The notes below the pieces were generated by a model. It worked only from the letters and a program-made list of their open reading frames with translations, was not told the origin of the DNA and searched no databases. The position numbers were made by a program, and so were the translations under genes. This document shows, piece by piece, positions 9,295 through 21,649 of a stretch of 64,000 nt of DNA (positions within the stretch are counted from its first letter, which is position 1; the number at the start of each line of letters is the position of its first letter). Source of the DNA: an uncultured Pseudomonadota bacterium (GTDB taxonomy: Bacteria; Pseudomonadota; Alphaproteobacteria; JACZXZ01); contig CAVVLJ010000002.1 of assembly GCA_963749075.1 (NCBI GenBank), positions 64,001 to 128,000 on the forward strand. The letters run 5' to 3'.

Positions 9295-10281
9295 TTATTC
9301 GATCACCTCATCGGCCTGGGCCAGCAGTATAGGCGGCACGGTAAGGCCAAGCGCCTTGGCAGTCTTCAGATTGACTACTGTCTCAAATTTCGTCGGCTGC
9401 TGGACCGGCAGATCAGCGGGTTTCTCGCCTTTGAGGATTCGTCCCGCGTAAATGCCAACCTGGCGATAGACAGCCGTAAGGCTGGTTCCATAGCTGGTCA
9501 GGCCGCCGGAAGCGGCGAATTCGCGCTCAAAGTAGATTGTGGGAATCGCATAGCGAGCGGCCAGCGCGATGAGCTGCGCGCGCCGGCTATCGAAGAACGG
9601 ATCGGCGCCGACGACGAGCGCGCCGGCATGCAGGTCGACGAGGGTCGCGAAGGCGGCGTCGATCTCGCTTTCGGTCCCCGCCTTCAGGATAGGGAGTTGC
9701 AGGCCCTTCGCGCGCGCCGCTTCCTGAGCGTCTCGGATCGTGGGCTCGGCTGTCGGACTGTTCGGGTTCACAAGTAGGGCGATCACCCTCGCCTGGGGAA
9801 CCAGTTCGGATAGCAGTTCGAGCCGCTTGGCCGTCAGTTGGACGAAGAGGATGCTCATGCCCGTGGCGTTGCCGCCCGGCCGGACGAGGCTGGCGACCAG
9901 CCCGGCGGCGACCGGGTCGGTGCCGACCTCAAAGACAATCGGGATCGTCGAGGTCGCATTTTTCGCCGCGCGGGCGGGAGAGGGCCCGAAGGCAGCGATC
10001 AAATCAACCTTGCGGCCGACGAGCTCGGCGGCCAACGCGGGCAACCGATCATAGTGACCCTCCGCGTAGCGGTACTCGATCGCGACGTTTTGTCCCTCGA
10101 CATAGCCGGTGTCACTTAGTCCCTGGAGGAATACGGCGGCAGTCGGTACATATCCTGGCGCCGCAAAGTGGAGGTAGCCGATCACCGGCATCGCCTTCTG
10201 CTGCGCGCGGGCCGCGAATGGCCACGTCGCCGCGCCGCCGAGCACGGATATAAATTCTCGCCTTCCGATGTCGAGTGCCAT
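9295..10281 (-). CDS. ABC transporter substrate-binding protein (ABC_sub_bind-like, stand-alone)
   Basis: RREFI leader, [47 protein letters not shown]-terminus; no cognate permease adjacent. Confidence 0.88.
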   Translation of the reverse strand: MALDIGRREFISVLGGAATWPFAARAQQKAMPVIGYLHFAAPGYVPTAAVFLQGLSDTGYVEGQNVAIEYRYAEGHYDRLPALAAELVGRKVDLIAAFGPSPARAAKNATSTIPIVFEVGTDPVAAGLVASLVRPGGNATGMSILFVQLTAKRLELLSELVPQARVIALLVNPNSPTAEPTIRDAQEAARAKGLQLPILKAGTESEIDAAFATLVDLHAGALVVGADPFFDSRRAQLIALAARYAIPTIYFEREFAASGGLTSYGTSLTAVYRQVGIYAGRILKGEKPADLPVQQPTKFETVVNLKTAKALGLTVPPILLAQADEVIE

Positions 10282-10576
10282 TTGACCCGTCCCCAATGGG
10301 ATCATGCCCTACGCAATGCCCGGAACAGTATCACGCCTCAAAATGGAGGTATGTGACCTATTTCACGGCTGCTTCGAGCGGCCGGGGGAATGTCTCTCGC
10401 TGGGGATAGTTTTTTGCGGTGCATGAGTCCGCAATTGGCACTTCTGCGAGATCCCGCGACGGATGCAGGTTGCCCGCTATCGGATTGGAGGCGAAAGGTC
10501 ACGGCTTGCCGCCGGTCCGGATTTGTGAGTTGACTGTCTATGTCGCACCACGGGGAGACGCGGGGACATCATCGCC

Positions 10577-11563
10577 ATGCAGTACCGCACGCTCGGCAAA
10601 AGCGGCCTCCAGGTGAGCCGCATCGCCCTCGGCGGCAACGCCTGGGGGGCCAAGGGCCGGCGCGGCTGGGGCGCCTATGACGCGGGCGAGAGCCGCCCCT
10701 TCATCAAGCGCGCGCTCGATTGCGGCATCACCTTCTTCGATACGGCCGACGCCTATAACGCGGGCGAGAGCGAGCGCATCCTCGGCGCCGCCCTTCTTTC
10801 CTACGTGCCGCGCGACGAAGTGGTGCTGGCGACCAAGGTCGGGTTGCCGATGAGCGAACGGCCGAACGGCGGGGGCGTCGGGCGCAAGCACCTCATCGCC
10901 GCGGTCGAGCAGTCGTTGCAGCGCCTCGGCACCGATTACGTGGACCTCCTCTATGTCCACCGCCTCGACGGGGTGACGCCGATCGCCGAGCTCATGGCGA
11001 CGCTCGACGAAATCGTGCGCGCGGGCAAGGCTCGCTACATCGGCGGCTCGACCATGGCGGCCTACAAGTTCGCCCAGATGATCCTCGCCGCGGACGCCTT
11101 TCGCCTGGCGCGGCCGATCGCCATGCAGAACCTCTACAACCTCGTGCAGCGCGAGGAGGAGGCCGAGATGCTGCCGCTCTGCGCCGAGGAGGGTGTGGGT
11201 GCGACACCCTATAGCCCGCTCGCGCGCGGCTTCCTCGGCGGCAACCGCAGCCGCGAGGGCGGGCTCGCGACCGAGCGCGCGCGCACGGACGATCGGGTGC
11301 GCGACATCTATCGCGCGGCGGACTACGACGTGCTCGATCGCGTCACCGCCGTCGCCAAGGCGCATGGTGCCAAGCCCGCCGCGGTGGCGCTCGCCTGGCT
11401 CCTGCAGCAGGAGGTGATCGCGGCACCCGTCGTCGGCGTGACCCGGCCCGAACATATCGACGACGCGGTGGCGGCCCTCGAGCTCAAGTTGGCAGCGGAG
11501 GAGATCGCCGCACTCGAGGCGCCTTACGTAGCGCGACCCGTGACGGGGCTGCGGGGAGCGTGA
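10577..11563 (+). CDS. Aldo/keto reductase
   Basis: LGKSGLQVS, FDTADAY, LATK, SLQRLGTDYVDLLYVH, YSPLARG. Confidence 0.93.
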   Translation: MQYRTLGKSGLQVSRIALGGNAWGAKGRRGWGAYDAGESRPFIKRALDCGITFFDTADAYNAGESERILGAALLSYVPRDEVVLATKVGLPMSERPNGGGVGRKHLIAAVEQSLQRLGTDYVDLLYVHRLDGVTPIAELMATLDEIVRAGKARYIGGSTMAAYKFAQMILAADAFRLARPIAMQNLYNLVQREEEAEMLPLCAEEGVGATPYSPLARGFLGGNRSREGGLATERARTDDRVRDIYRAADYDVLDRVTAVAKAHGAKPAAVALAWLLQQEVIAAPVVGVTRPEHIDDAVAALELKLAAEEIAALEAPYVARPVTGLRGA

Positions 11564-11596
11564 TAGAGTGCGGCAAAAGCGACGGGGAACGGCAAA

Positions 11597-12817
11597 ATGC
11601 TCGACACTGCGAAGCTGCTGCAAGCGGTCGACCGCAAGCAGGCGCTCGACTTCCTCGCCGCCATGGTGCGCCACAAGAGTTACAGCGGCACCGCGGGCGA
11701 GAGCGAGCTCGCGCGCTTCATGGTCGAGAGCATGCGCAAGGCCGGGCTCGAGGCCGAGCTCCAGGAGGTGGTGGACGGCCGCGCCAACGCCATCGGGCGG
11801 CTCAAGGGCACGGGCGGCGGACGCTCGCTCCTCTTCAACGGCCATATGGACACCAACCCCGCGACCGAGGGCTGGACCGTCGATCCCTGGGGCGGGCTCT
11901 ACGACAAGGATTTCATCTACGGCATCGGCGTCTCCAACATGAAGGCGGGCGACGCCGCCTATTTCTGCGCCGTGCGCACGCTCGTCGAGAGCGGCGTGCG
12001 CCTTAGGGGCGACGTGGTCCTCACCTTCGTGGTGGGCGAGCTCCAGGGCGGCATCGGCACCATCAAGGCGATCGAGAGCGGCCTGCGCGCCGACTATTTC
12101 ATCAATTCCGAGCCCACCGACCTCACCGGCTTGACGCTCCACGCCGGCGCCTTCGGCTTCCAGGTCGAGCTCGTCGGCATCACCCGCCATCTCTCCAAGC
12201 GCGAGGAGGCGGTCGACGCCATCATGGCGGCCTGCCGGCTGGTGCCGCGCATCGACGCCATCGCCTTCAGCGGCGCCGCCAACGCCGAGCACCAGTCGGT
12301 CAACCGCGCCCACGTGGGCGTGCTGCGCGCCTCGCTGTCGCCCGAGTTCCACGACTGGCGGCCGCCGCAGGTGGCGGACTATGCGCGCCTCGTGGGCTCC
12401 GCGCGCTATGCGCCGAGCCAGTCCGAGGCCGGCGTCATGGCCGACCTGCGCGGCCTCCTCGACGAGCTCGAGCGCGAGATGCCCGGGCTCAAGTGCCGGC
12501 TCTCGCGCGAGCACGCAGGCCTGCGGCCCGACATGCTGCCCTTCGAGGTGAAGCGCAGCTCGGCGATCGTCGAGGCGGTGAGCAAGTCCTACCGCGAGGT
12601 GCGCGGCGTGCCGCAGCCGCTCGGGGCGCTCCAGCCCTATTGCTACTACGGCACGGACGCGGCGCACCTTCTTCACCGCGCCAAGATGGAGGGCATCGTC
12701 TGCGGTCCCGGCGGGCGCTACAACACCATGCCCGACGAGCGGGTCGACGTGCCCGACTATCTCGACATGATCAAGATCTACATGCTCGCGATCCTGGAGA
12801 TCTGCGGAGCGGGCTGA
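11597..12817 (+). CDS. M20/ArgE-DapE family metallopeptidase/deacylase
   Basis: LLFNGHMDT, YGIGVSNMKAG, VGEL, SEPT, YGTDA. Confidence 0.88.
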   Translation: MLDTAKLLQAVDRKQALDFLAAMVRHKSYSGTAGESELARFMVESMRKAGLEAELQEVVDGRANAIGRLKGTGGGRSLLFNGHMDTNPATEGWTVDPWGGLYDKDFIYGIGVSNMKAGDAAYFCAVRTLVESGVRLRGDVVLTFVVGELQGGIGTIKAIESGLRADYFINSEPTDLTGLTLHAGAFGFQVELVGITRHLSKREEAVDAIMAACRLVPRIDAIAFSGAANAEHQSVNRAHVGVLRASLSPEFHDWRPPQVADYARLVGSARYAPSQSEAGVMADLRGLLDELEREMPGLKCRLSREHAGLRPDMLPFEVKRSSAIVEAVSKSYREVRGVPQPLGALQPYCYYGTDAAHLLHRAKMEGIVCGPGGRYNTMPDERVDVPDYLDMIKIYMLAILEICGAG

Positions 12818-12849
12818 AGCGTTACCGGCGGCGTTGAGGGAGACGGCAC

Positions 12850-14454
12850 ATGACGAAAATGCAGGCGCGGACAATTCTGCTCGGCCGCCGCGAATTCGGC
12901 GCCGGCCTCATTGCCGCAGGCTCGGCAGCGCTCCTGCTGCCCGCCATGGCGACGCGCAGCACCTTCGGCGAAGCCAAGGCGGGCGGCCGGCTCACGGTGG
13001 CGCTCTTCAAGGATCTGCGCACGCTCAACCCGATCACCGGCATCTTCGGCAACGAGTGGCGCGCGAACTGCAACCTCTACAACAACCTCACGCGCCTGAC
13101 CGCGCACGGCGGCGTCGAGGGCGACCTCGCCGAATTCTACGAGCCCGCGGCCGACGGCATGGCCTGGACCTTCGTGCTGCGCGACGGCGTCAAGTTCCAC
13201 GACGGCTCGCCGCTCGGCGCCGGCGACGTGGTCGACACCATCGAGAAGATACTCGATCCCAAGACGGCGGCTGCATACAGGGCCGAGCTCGGGCCCATCG
13301 CCGCCGCCAAGCCGACGGGCAAGCTCAGCGTGCGCATCGAGCTCTCCTCGCCCTATGCGGATCTGCCCAAGGCGCTCGCCAGCCCGACCGCGCGCATCAT
13401 CTCGGAGAAGGGCATCGCCGACTTCGCCTCGCTCGACGCCACCGTCCACGGCACCGGTCCCTTCACGCTCAAGGAGTTTGCGCCCAACGACCATGTGGTG
13501 ATGGAGCGCAACCCGAGCTATTTCCGCGCCGGGCGTCCCTTCCTCGACCGCGTCGTCTTCCGCGTGCTGCCCGAGGTCACGACGCAGACGGCCGCCCTCG
13601 AGAACCGCGAGGTCGACGCCATCGCCGACGTGGAGGCCAACACCTTCAAGCGCCTCGGCGCGATCAAGGGGGTGAACGCGACCCAGGTGGAGGGCGGCAC
13701 CTTCAACAGCATCGTGCTCTACGCCAACAAGCCGCCGTTCGACGATCCGCGTGCGCGCGCAGCACTCCGCCTCGCCATGGACCGCTCTGAGATGAGCGCC
13801 GCGATCACCGCCGGCGTCGGCACGCCGGCCGACGACCAGCCGGTCTCCGCGGCCTACGAGTACTTCGACAAGAGCATCCCCTTGCGCAAGCAGGACCTCG
13901 CCGAGGCGCGCCGGCTCATGAAGGAGGCCGGCCACGCCGACGGCTTCGAGCACAGGCTTGTGGTCTCCAACAGCCCCGCCTCGCGCGAGAAGACGGCCGT
14001 CGTCGTGCAGGCCATGGCGGAAGCGATCGGCATCCGCTTCAACATCGAGCTCATGGACAACGCGCGCTACGGCGCCACCATCTGGAACAAGGGGATCGAG
14101 TCCTACGTCGCCAACTACGGCACGCGGCCGACCGAGGACGCCATCCTCTCCAAGCTCTATTCGGCGAAGTACGGCATCGACGAGGGCCGCTGGTCGGGGA
14201 CCGCCCCGGGCAAGGAGTTCGAGGGGCTCATCGAGCAGGGCCGCCAGGTGACGGTCAGCGCCGGACGGCGCAAGCTCTACGACGAGATGCAGCGCACCGC
14301 GCGCGACGACGGTCCCTTCGTCATTCCCAATTTCTTCAACTCGCTGTTCGCGAGCTGGGGCTATGTGAACGACTGGCCGGCGCGCGCGATCAACACCGAG
14401 CTGCGCCTCGAGGACTGCTGGCTGTCGCCGGAGGCGCCCGGCCGCAAGGCCTGA
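12850..14454 (+). CDS. ABC substrate-binding protein, peptide/nickel family 5
   Basis: Tat-like RREF leader, LRDGVKFHDG, GTGPF, PFDD. Confidence 0.9.
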   Translation: MTKMQARTILLGRREFGAGLIAAGSAALLLPAMATRSTFGEAKAGGRLTVALFKDLRTLNPITGIFGNEWRANCNLYNNLTRLTAHGGVEGDLAEFYEPAADGMAWTFVLRDGVKFHDGSPLGAGDVVDTIEKILDPKTAAAYRAELGPIAAAKPTGKLSVRIELSSPYADLPKALASPTARIISEKGIADFASLDATVHGTGPFTLKEFAPNDHVVMERNPSYFRAGRPFLDRVVFRVLPEVTTQTAALENREVDAIADVEANTFKRLGAIKGVNATQVEGGTFNSIVLYANKPPFDDPRARAALRLAMDRSEMSAAITAGVGTPADDQPVSAAYEYFDKSIPLRKQDLAEARRLMKEAGHADGFEHRLVVSNSPASREKTAVVVQAMAEAIGIRFNIELMDNARYGATIWNKGIESYVANYGTRPTEDAILSKLYSAKYGIDEGRWSGTAPGKEFEGLIEQGRQVTVSAGRRKLYDEMQRTARDDGPFVIPNFFNSLFASWGYVNDWPARAINTELRLEDCWLSPEAPGRKA

Positions 14455-14460
14455 GGGTCC

Positions 14461-15411
14461 ATGAGCCTCGCCTATCTGGCACGGCGTATCCTCTATGGCC
14501 TGATCTCGCTCGCGATCCTCGCGGCGATCGTCTTCGCCGCCACCCATCTCCTGCCGGGCGATGCCGCCTCGGCGATCCTCGGCGAGAGCGCCACGCCCGC
14601 GGCGTTGGCCGCCTTGCGCGCGCGGCTCGGCCTCGACCAGCCGCTCGTCGTGCAGTTCGCCCGCTGGACGGGCGGCATGCTCGCAGGCGACTTCGGCGTC
14701 TCGACCACGCTCAACCAGCCGGCCGCCCCCCTCATCGCCGAGCGCTTCCTCAATTCGCTCACGCTCGCGCTCGCGACCATCGCGGCCGCGGCAGCACTCG
14801 CCATCCCCCTCGGGGTGGTCGCGGCGGTCAGGCGCGGCGGCCGGATCGACGGCGCCATCCTCGCTGCGAGCTATCTCGGGGTCTCGATCCCCGATTTCGT
14901 CATCGCACCGATCCTCATCATCCTCTTCGCGAGCCCACCCTTGGCCCTCTTTCCCTCGAGCGGCTTCGTGGCGCCGGGCGCGTCGCTCGCCGGCTGGCTC
15001 GCCCACATCGTGCTGCCCGTGGCGGCGCTTACGGTCCTCTTGACCGCGCACCTCATGCGCCAGACGCGCTCGGGCATGCTCGAGGTGCTGGCGAGCGACT
15101 ATATCCGCACGGCGCGGCTCAAGGGCTTGCCCGAGGTCCTCGTGCTATGGCGCCACGGCCTGCGCAACGGCCTCGGCACCGCCTTGACCGTGCTCGCCCT
15201 CGACGTGGGCTATCTCATGGGCAGCATCGTCATCGTCGAGGAGATCTTCGCCTATCCCGGCCTCGGGCGGCTCATCGTCTATGCGGTCGCCAACCGCGAC
15301 ATCCCGCTCGTCGAGGATTCGGCACTCGTCATCGGCGCCGTCTATGTGGCGGCGAACCTGCTCGCCGATCTGGCGCATGCCGCCCTCAACCCGCGCGCGG
15401 CGCCGGCATGA
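14461..15411 (+). CDS. ABC permease (DppB-like)
   Basis: LPGDAA, LGLDQP, DYIRTARLKG, FAYPGLG. Confidence 0.92.
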   Translation: MSLAYLARRILYGLISLAILAAIVFAATHLLPGDAASAILGESATPAALAALRARLGLDQPLVVQFARWTGGMLAGDFGVSTTLNQPAAPLIAERFLNSLTLALATIAAAAALAIPLGVVAAVRRGGRIDGAILAASYLGVSIPDFVIAPILIILFASPPLALFPSSGFVAPGASLAGWLAHIVLPVAALTVLLTAHLMRQTRSGMLEVLASDYIRTARLKGLPEVLVLWRHGLRNGLGTALTVLALDVGYLMGSIVIVEEIFAYPGLGRLIVYAVANRDIPLVEDSALVIGAVYVAANLLADLAHAALNPRAAPA

Positions 15412-16248
15412 GCGGCGACGTCTCCGCACCGCCCTCCCGCCGCGGCAACCGCTATCTCGAGGCGGGCGCGGCGCTCACGCTTGCGGCGATCCTGACGGCG
15501 CTCTTGGGCCTCGTCTACACGCCCTATGCGCCGGCCCAGGTCGACCTCCTCCATGGCCTGTCGGCGCCGAGTGCGGCGCATCTCTTCGGCAGCGACCGCT
15601 TCGGCCGCGACGTCTTGAGCCGCGTGCTGGCGGGCGGCTGGCGCTCGCTCCTCCTCGGCTTCGGTGCCACGGCGCTCGGCTTGGCATTGGGGCTGCCGAC
15701 GGCGCTCGCGACCGGCTACTGGCGGGGTGCGGTCGACCAGGTGGTCATGCGCTTCGTCGATGCGCTTCTCTCCATCCCGACGCTGGTCTTCGCCCTCCTC
15801 ATCATCGTCGGGCTCGGCGCCGGCGAGTGGCAGGCGATCGCGGCACTCGGCATTGCGTCCGCGCCCAAGTTCGTGCGCATCGTGCGCAGTGCCGTGCTCG
15901 AGGCGGCGAGCCAGGATTACGTGACGGCGGCGCGCGCCCGCGGCGAGGGGGCACTCTACATCCAGTACGGCGAGATCCTGCCCAACGTCTGGCCGCCGGT
16001 CATCGTCGAGGGCAGCATCAACGTCGGCTTCGCCCTCATGGGCGGGGCCGCCTTGAGCTACCTCGGGCTCGGCACCCAGCCGCCCTACGCCGACTGGGGC
16101 GTCATGATCAACGAGGCGCAGAAATATATCGGCACCTCGTTCTGGCCGCTCATGGGACCGGCGCTCGCCATCTCGCTCTCGATCATCGGCTTCAATCTGC
16201 TCGGCGAGGGCCTGCGCGACCGCCTCCACCTCAAGGCCTCCCACGGCG

Positions 16249-16256
<8 letters not shown>
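15408..16256 (+). CDS. ABC permease (DppC-like)
   Basis: HLFGSDRFGRD, DYVTAARARG, LSYLGLG, FNLLGEGLRD; ATG 15408 overlaps the upstream stop. Confidence 0.9.
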
Positions 16257-18081
<1,825 letters not shown>

Positions 18082-18084
18082 TTT

Positions 18085-18101
18085 ATACGTCATTGACGTA
18101 T
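18085..18101. promoter_or_regulatory. Palindromic operator of the TA operon
   Basis: Perfect inverted repeat atacgtca-t-tgacgtat 12 bp upstream of the toxin ATG. Confidence 0.65.
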
Positions 18102-18113
18102 GTTTTCTACGGC

Positions 18114-18374
18114 ATGGAAACCGAATACGACGAGGTCAAAGACGAGCTCAACAAATCCAAACATGGAGTCTCTTTGGCTCTTGGCCATGTGGTGATCGAA
18201 AATCGCATAGGCGAGGTGAGGGATCCCCGAGACTATGGCGAGGTGCGGCACATTGCCTTCGGTTTGGTGGCCAAGCGGCTTTATGTGTGCGTCTACACCA
18301 TGCGGAATGAGGCATATCGGCTGATTTCCGTTCGCAGGGCCAATCGAAGGGAAATACAACGATGGCAATCGTGA
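18114..18374 (+). CDS. BrnT-family toxin
   Basis: EYDEVKDELNKSKHGVS...DYGEVR...YVCVYT.R...RLISVRRANRRE. Confidence 0.85.
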   Translation: METEYDEVKDELNKSKHGVSLALGHVVIENRIGEVRDPRDYGEVRHIAFGLVAKRLYVCVYTMRNEAYRLISVRRANRREIQRWQS

Positions 18375-18742
18375 AAGTCACCAAGGAGATCGCCGAGGCG
18401 GCCGTGAAGGCGGTCGATTGGGCGGCGCAGGACGCTCTGACCGACGAGGATATCGCCCGCCAGATCGCCGAGAATCCCGACGCGGCACCCGATCTCACGC
18501 TGCCGCGCATCAAGCTGCTCCTGCGCGTTGGTTCGCCCAAGGTCAAGACCAGGGTCAAGCTGCGGCTGGTGCGCCGCGCGCTCGGCATGTCCCAGGCGGA
18601 ATTCGCCAAGGCCTACGGCCTGCCGCTGCGCAGCTTGCAGAATTGGGAGCAGGGCACGCGCGAGCCGGACGAGGCGACGGCTGCCCTCATCAAGATCATC
18701 GCCCATGAGCCCGAGCGCGTGCGGCGCATCCTGGGTGCGTGA
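18362..18742 (+). CDS. Antitoxin with C-terminal XRE-type HTH
   Basis: RRALGMSQAEFAKAYGLPLRSLQNWEQG; overlaps the toxin 3' end. Confidence 0.85.
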   Translation: MAIVKVTKEIAEAAVKAVDWAAQDALTDEDIARQIAENPDAAPDLTLPRIKLLLRVGSPKVKTRVKLRLVRRALGMSQAEFAKAYGLPLRSLQNWEQGTREPDEATAALIKIIAHEPERVRRILGA

Positions 18743-18768
18743 GGCACTTCGCTTCGACGCGGCCGCCG

Positions 18769-19953
18769 CTACCCCCGCTCCTCCGTCGAGAAGAGCCGCC
18801 GCTCGAGCTTGGTCAGGCGCTCGGGGCCGTCGGTGCGCACGGCGACGGTCTCGCTCAAGGAGACGCCCTCTGCCGAGGCGTACATGTGGAAGACCATGCC
18901 CGGCTCGAGCCGCCAATCGGCCTTGGCGTTGAAGGTGCGCGTGAAGTCGCTCGAGCGCAGCGGCAGCTTGGAATAGAAGCCGAGCGTATAGCCAGTGATG
19001 TTGGGATAGCTCTCCCTGAGGCCCGCCGCGACGACGCCCTCGCGGAGGATGGCGTCGACCTCGCGCGCGAGCGCCCCCGGGCGCATGGCGGCGATCTCGG
19101 CGTCCTGGAGCCGGGCGAGGGTCTCGGCCGCCCGGCGGCGTGCCGCGTCGATGGGGCCGATGACGACGCAGCGCATGAGCCGCGCATTGTAGCCGGCGAA
19201 GCGCGCCACGAGTTCCATGTGGAGCACGTCGCCGCGCTCGAGCGGCCGGTCATGGAGGGCGCTATGGAGGAAATCCCAGCCGCGGCCGGCGGTGATCGGC
19301 CCGACGTGGCCGGGATCGCCGCCGAGCTCGATGAAGCGCCGCGCCGCGATGGCGGCGGCGTCGCGCGGGCTCATGCCTGGCCGCACCACCGCCACGATCT
19401 CGCCCATGGTGCGGTCGACGATCGCGGCGGCGCGGGCGAGCATGGCGAGCTCAGCCGCGGACTTGACGAGGCGGAGCTCGCGCGGCACCTGGGGCATGGC
19501 GACGAAGCGAGCCCCGGGCAGCGCCGCGCGCAGCTCCTCGTAGGTGCTCACGGTGAGCGCGTGGCTCGCCGAATCGAAGCCGATCGCGGCGCGCCCGAAG
19601 CCGCGCGCACGGATGGTCTCGGCCACCGCATCGACGATGCTCTCGGTATCGGCAACGCCGACGTGGTCCGTGAACCAGGCCGCCTCGAGGAAGGGCGTCG
19701 CGTCGAGTGCGCGCAAGACCATGACCGGCGCTCCGGCCAAGGGGACGAGGAGCGCCCGATAGCGGTTGAGCGAGGTCTCGTAGCCGCTGAAGTAGGCGAG
19801 CGCCTCGCAATCGTCGAGCAGCATGAGCTCGACCGCGTGGCGCTCCATCGCCTCGCGCAGGCGGCGGAGGCGGTCCTCGAATTCGGCGCGCGGGAACCGG
19901 CGTTGGGTGTCATCCATGCGCAGCCTCGCCTCGAGCCGGCCGTACTGCGTCAC
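18769..19953 (-). CDS. M24 (Xaa-Pro peptidase/creatinase-like) family protein
   Basis: ELRLVKSAAEL, LEPGMVFH, SETV. Start is GTG 19953 (GTGA overlap) or ATG 19917. Several canonical metal ligands look altered. Confidence 0.85.
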   Translation of the reverse strand: MTQYGRLEARLRMDDTQRRFPRAEFEDRLRRLREAMERHAVELMLLDDCEALAYFSGYETSLNRYRALLVPLAGAPVMVLRALDATPFLEAAWFTDHVGVADTESIVDAVAETIRARGFGRAAIGFDSASHALTVSTYEELRAALPGARFVAMPQVPRELRLVKSAAELAMLARAAAIVDRTMGEIVAVVRPGMSPRDAAAIAARRFIELGGDPGHVGPITAGRGWDFLHSALHDRPLERGDVLHMELVARFAGYNARLMRCVVIGPIDAARRRAAETLARLQDAEIAAMRPGALAREVDAILREGVVAAGLRESYPNITGYTLGFYSKLPLRSSDFTRTFNAKADWRLEPGMVFHMYASAEGVSLSETVAVRTDGPERLTKLERRLFSTEERG

Positions 19954-21638
19954 GCGTCGCCTTGCCCGTAGAGGCGCGCCGCGGCCTCGGCGCTCACCTT
20001 GCCGTTGCGCACGTCGGCGCGCACCGCCTCGGCCGGCCGGCGTCGGGGATCGCCGTAGCCGCCGCCGCCCGCGGTCTCGACGACCAGGCGGTCGCCCTTG
20101 GCGAGCGTGGTGACGATCTTCGACGGGATGACGTTCTCGCTGCCGTCCTGGCGCAGGATGACCGAGCGCGCCATGGCGCCCTCGCCGCCGCCGTGCGAGC
20201 CCGCCGCGGCCGAGAAGTGCCGCTCGCCGCGGTGGGAGAAGCTGACCTCGCCCTCGAGGATCTCGTACTCGCGCACCACGCCCAAGCCGCCGCGGAACTC
20301 GCCGGCACCGCCCGAATCGCGGCGAAGTGCGATGCGGTGGATGCGGATCGGCGCCTCCATCTCCATCGCCTCCGCCGGCAGGTTCATGCAGTTGGTGGCG
20401 TCGGTCTCGATCACGTCGACGCCGTCGCTGCCGGCCGCAGCCCCGCTGCCGCCCGCCACGAGATCGCCCACCACGTAAGCGCTGCCGTCCCGCCTGCGCC
20501 CGCCGAAGGCCATGACGAGAAGCTCGCCCGCACTTGCTGCCGGCACCTTCTGCGGCAGCACCGGGGCGAGCGCTCCGATCATGCAGCCGGTGATGCGCTT
20601 GATCGTCGAGGTGCGGGCATTGACGGGTGCGGGTTCCTCGGGATTGACGATGCTGCCCTTGGGCAGCCTCAACTTGATCGGGCGGAAGCAGCCGCCGTTG
20701 GTCGGGATGCTGGGATCGGTCAGCGCCCGCACGGCGTAGCAGGCGGCGGCGAGCGAGCCCGAGGGCACGCAGTTGAGCGGCCCCTTCACCTGGGGGCTCG
20801 TGCCGGCGAAGTCGAACTCGATGCCGCCGTCCGCGACCGTCACCGCGAGCTCGATGCGGATCGGCTTCTCCATCTCGATGCCGTCGTTGTCGAGATAGTC
20901 GACGAAGCGGTAGGTGCCTTGCGGGATGCCGCGCAAGGCCTTGCGCGTCATCTCCTCCGAGCGGACGAGGAGCTCGTCGAAGATGGCGGCGAGCTGGTTG
21001 TGGCCGTAGCGCTCGGCGAGCTCGGAGAGGCGCCGCGCCGCCACCGTCGTGGCCGCGACTTGCGCGTTGAGGTCGCCCATCACCGTGTCGGGAATGCGCA
21101 CGTTCTGGCGGATGAGGCGCACCAGCGTGTCGTTGAAGACCCCGGCGTCGCGCAGCTTGAGCGGCGGGATGCGCAGGCCCTCCTGGTAGATCTCCGTGGC
21201 ATTGGTCGGCACCGAGCCCGCCGACATGCCGCCCACGTCCTGGTGATGGGTCATGGCACCGCCGATGGCGATGAGCTTCTCGCGGTGGAAGATCGGCACC
21301 ACGACCGCGATGTCGGGAAGGTGGGTGCCGCCGCAATAGGGATCGTTGAGGATGAAGATGTCGCCCTCGCGCATGCCTTGCGCGGGATAGCACTTGAGGA
21401 TCTCGGCCACCGCCGGGATGAGGGTCGCGAGATGGATGGGGATGGAGCAGGACTGGGCGAGCGTGGTGCCGTCCGGCGTGAAGAGGCTCGCCGAGGCGTC
21501 GAGCCCTTCCTTGACGATGGGCGAGAAGGAGCTCCTCAAGAGCGTCGACTGCATCTCGTTGGCGATGCCGTCGAGCTTGTGGCGCACCACCTCGACGGTG
21601 ATGGGATCGAGGGAGGCCTCGCCTGTCTGCTGCGCCAT
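19950..21638 (-). CDS. Hydantoinase B / oxoprolinase family protein
   Basis: NDPYCGGTHLPD, HHQDVGG, QEGLRIPP, GGGGYGDP. Confidence 0.92.
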   Translation of the reverse strand: MAQQTGEASLDPITVEVVRHKLDGIANEMQSTLLRSSFSPIVKEGLDASASLFTPDGTTLAQSCSIPIHLATLIPAVAEILKCYPAQGMREGDIFILNDPYCGGTHLPDIAVVVPIFHREKLIAIGGAMTHHQDVGGMSAGSVPTNATEIYQEGLRIPPLKLRDAGVFNDTLVRLIRQNVRIPDTVMGDLNAQVAATTVAARRLSELAERYGHNQLAAIFDELLVRSEEMTRKALRGIPQGTYRFVDYLDNDGIEMEKPIRIELAVTVADGGIEFDFAGTSPQVKGPLNCVPSGSLAAACYAVRALTDPSIPTNGGCFRPIKLRLPKGSIVNPEEPAPVNARTSTIKRITGCMIGALAPVLPQKVPAASAGELLVMAFGGRRRDGSAYVVGDLVAGGSGAAAGSDGVDVIETDATNCMNLPAEAMEMEAPIRIHRIALRRDSGGAGEFRGGLGVVREYEILEGEVSFSHRGERHFSAAAGSHGGGEGAMARSVILRQDGSENVIPSKIVTTLAKGDRLVVETAGGGGYGDPRRRPAEAVRADVRNGKVSAEAAARLYGQGDA

Positions 21639-21649
21639 GGCGTTCTCCG

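Noticed and set aside
4613-15051. Long antisense ORFs (4613-6955, 7183-9777, 10538-12874, 12778-15051) and similar shadows elsewhere
   Set aside because: They are typical high-GC shadow frames opposite well-supported genes and contain no motifs.
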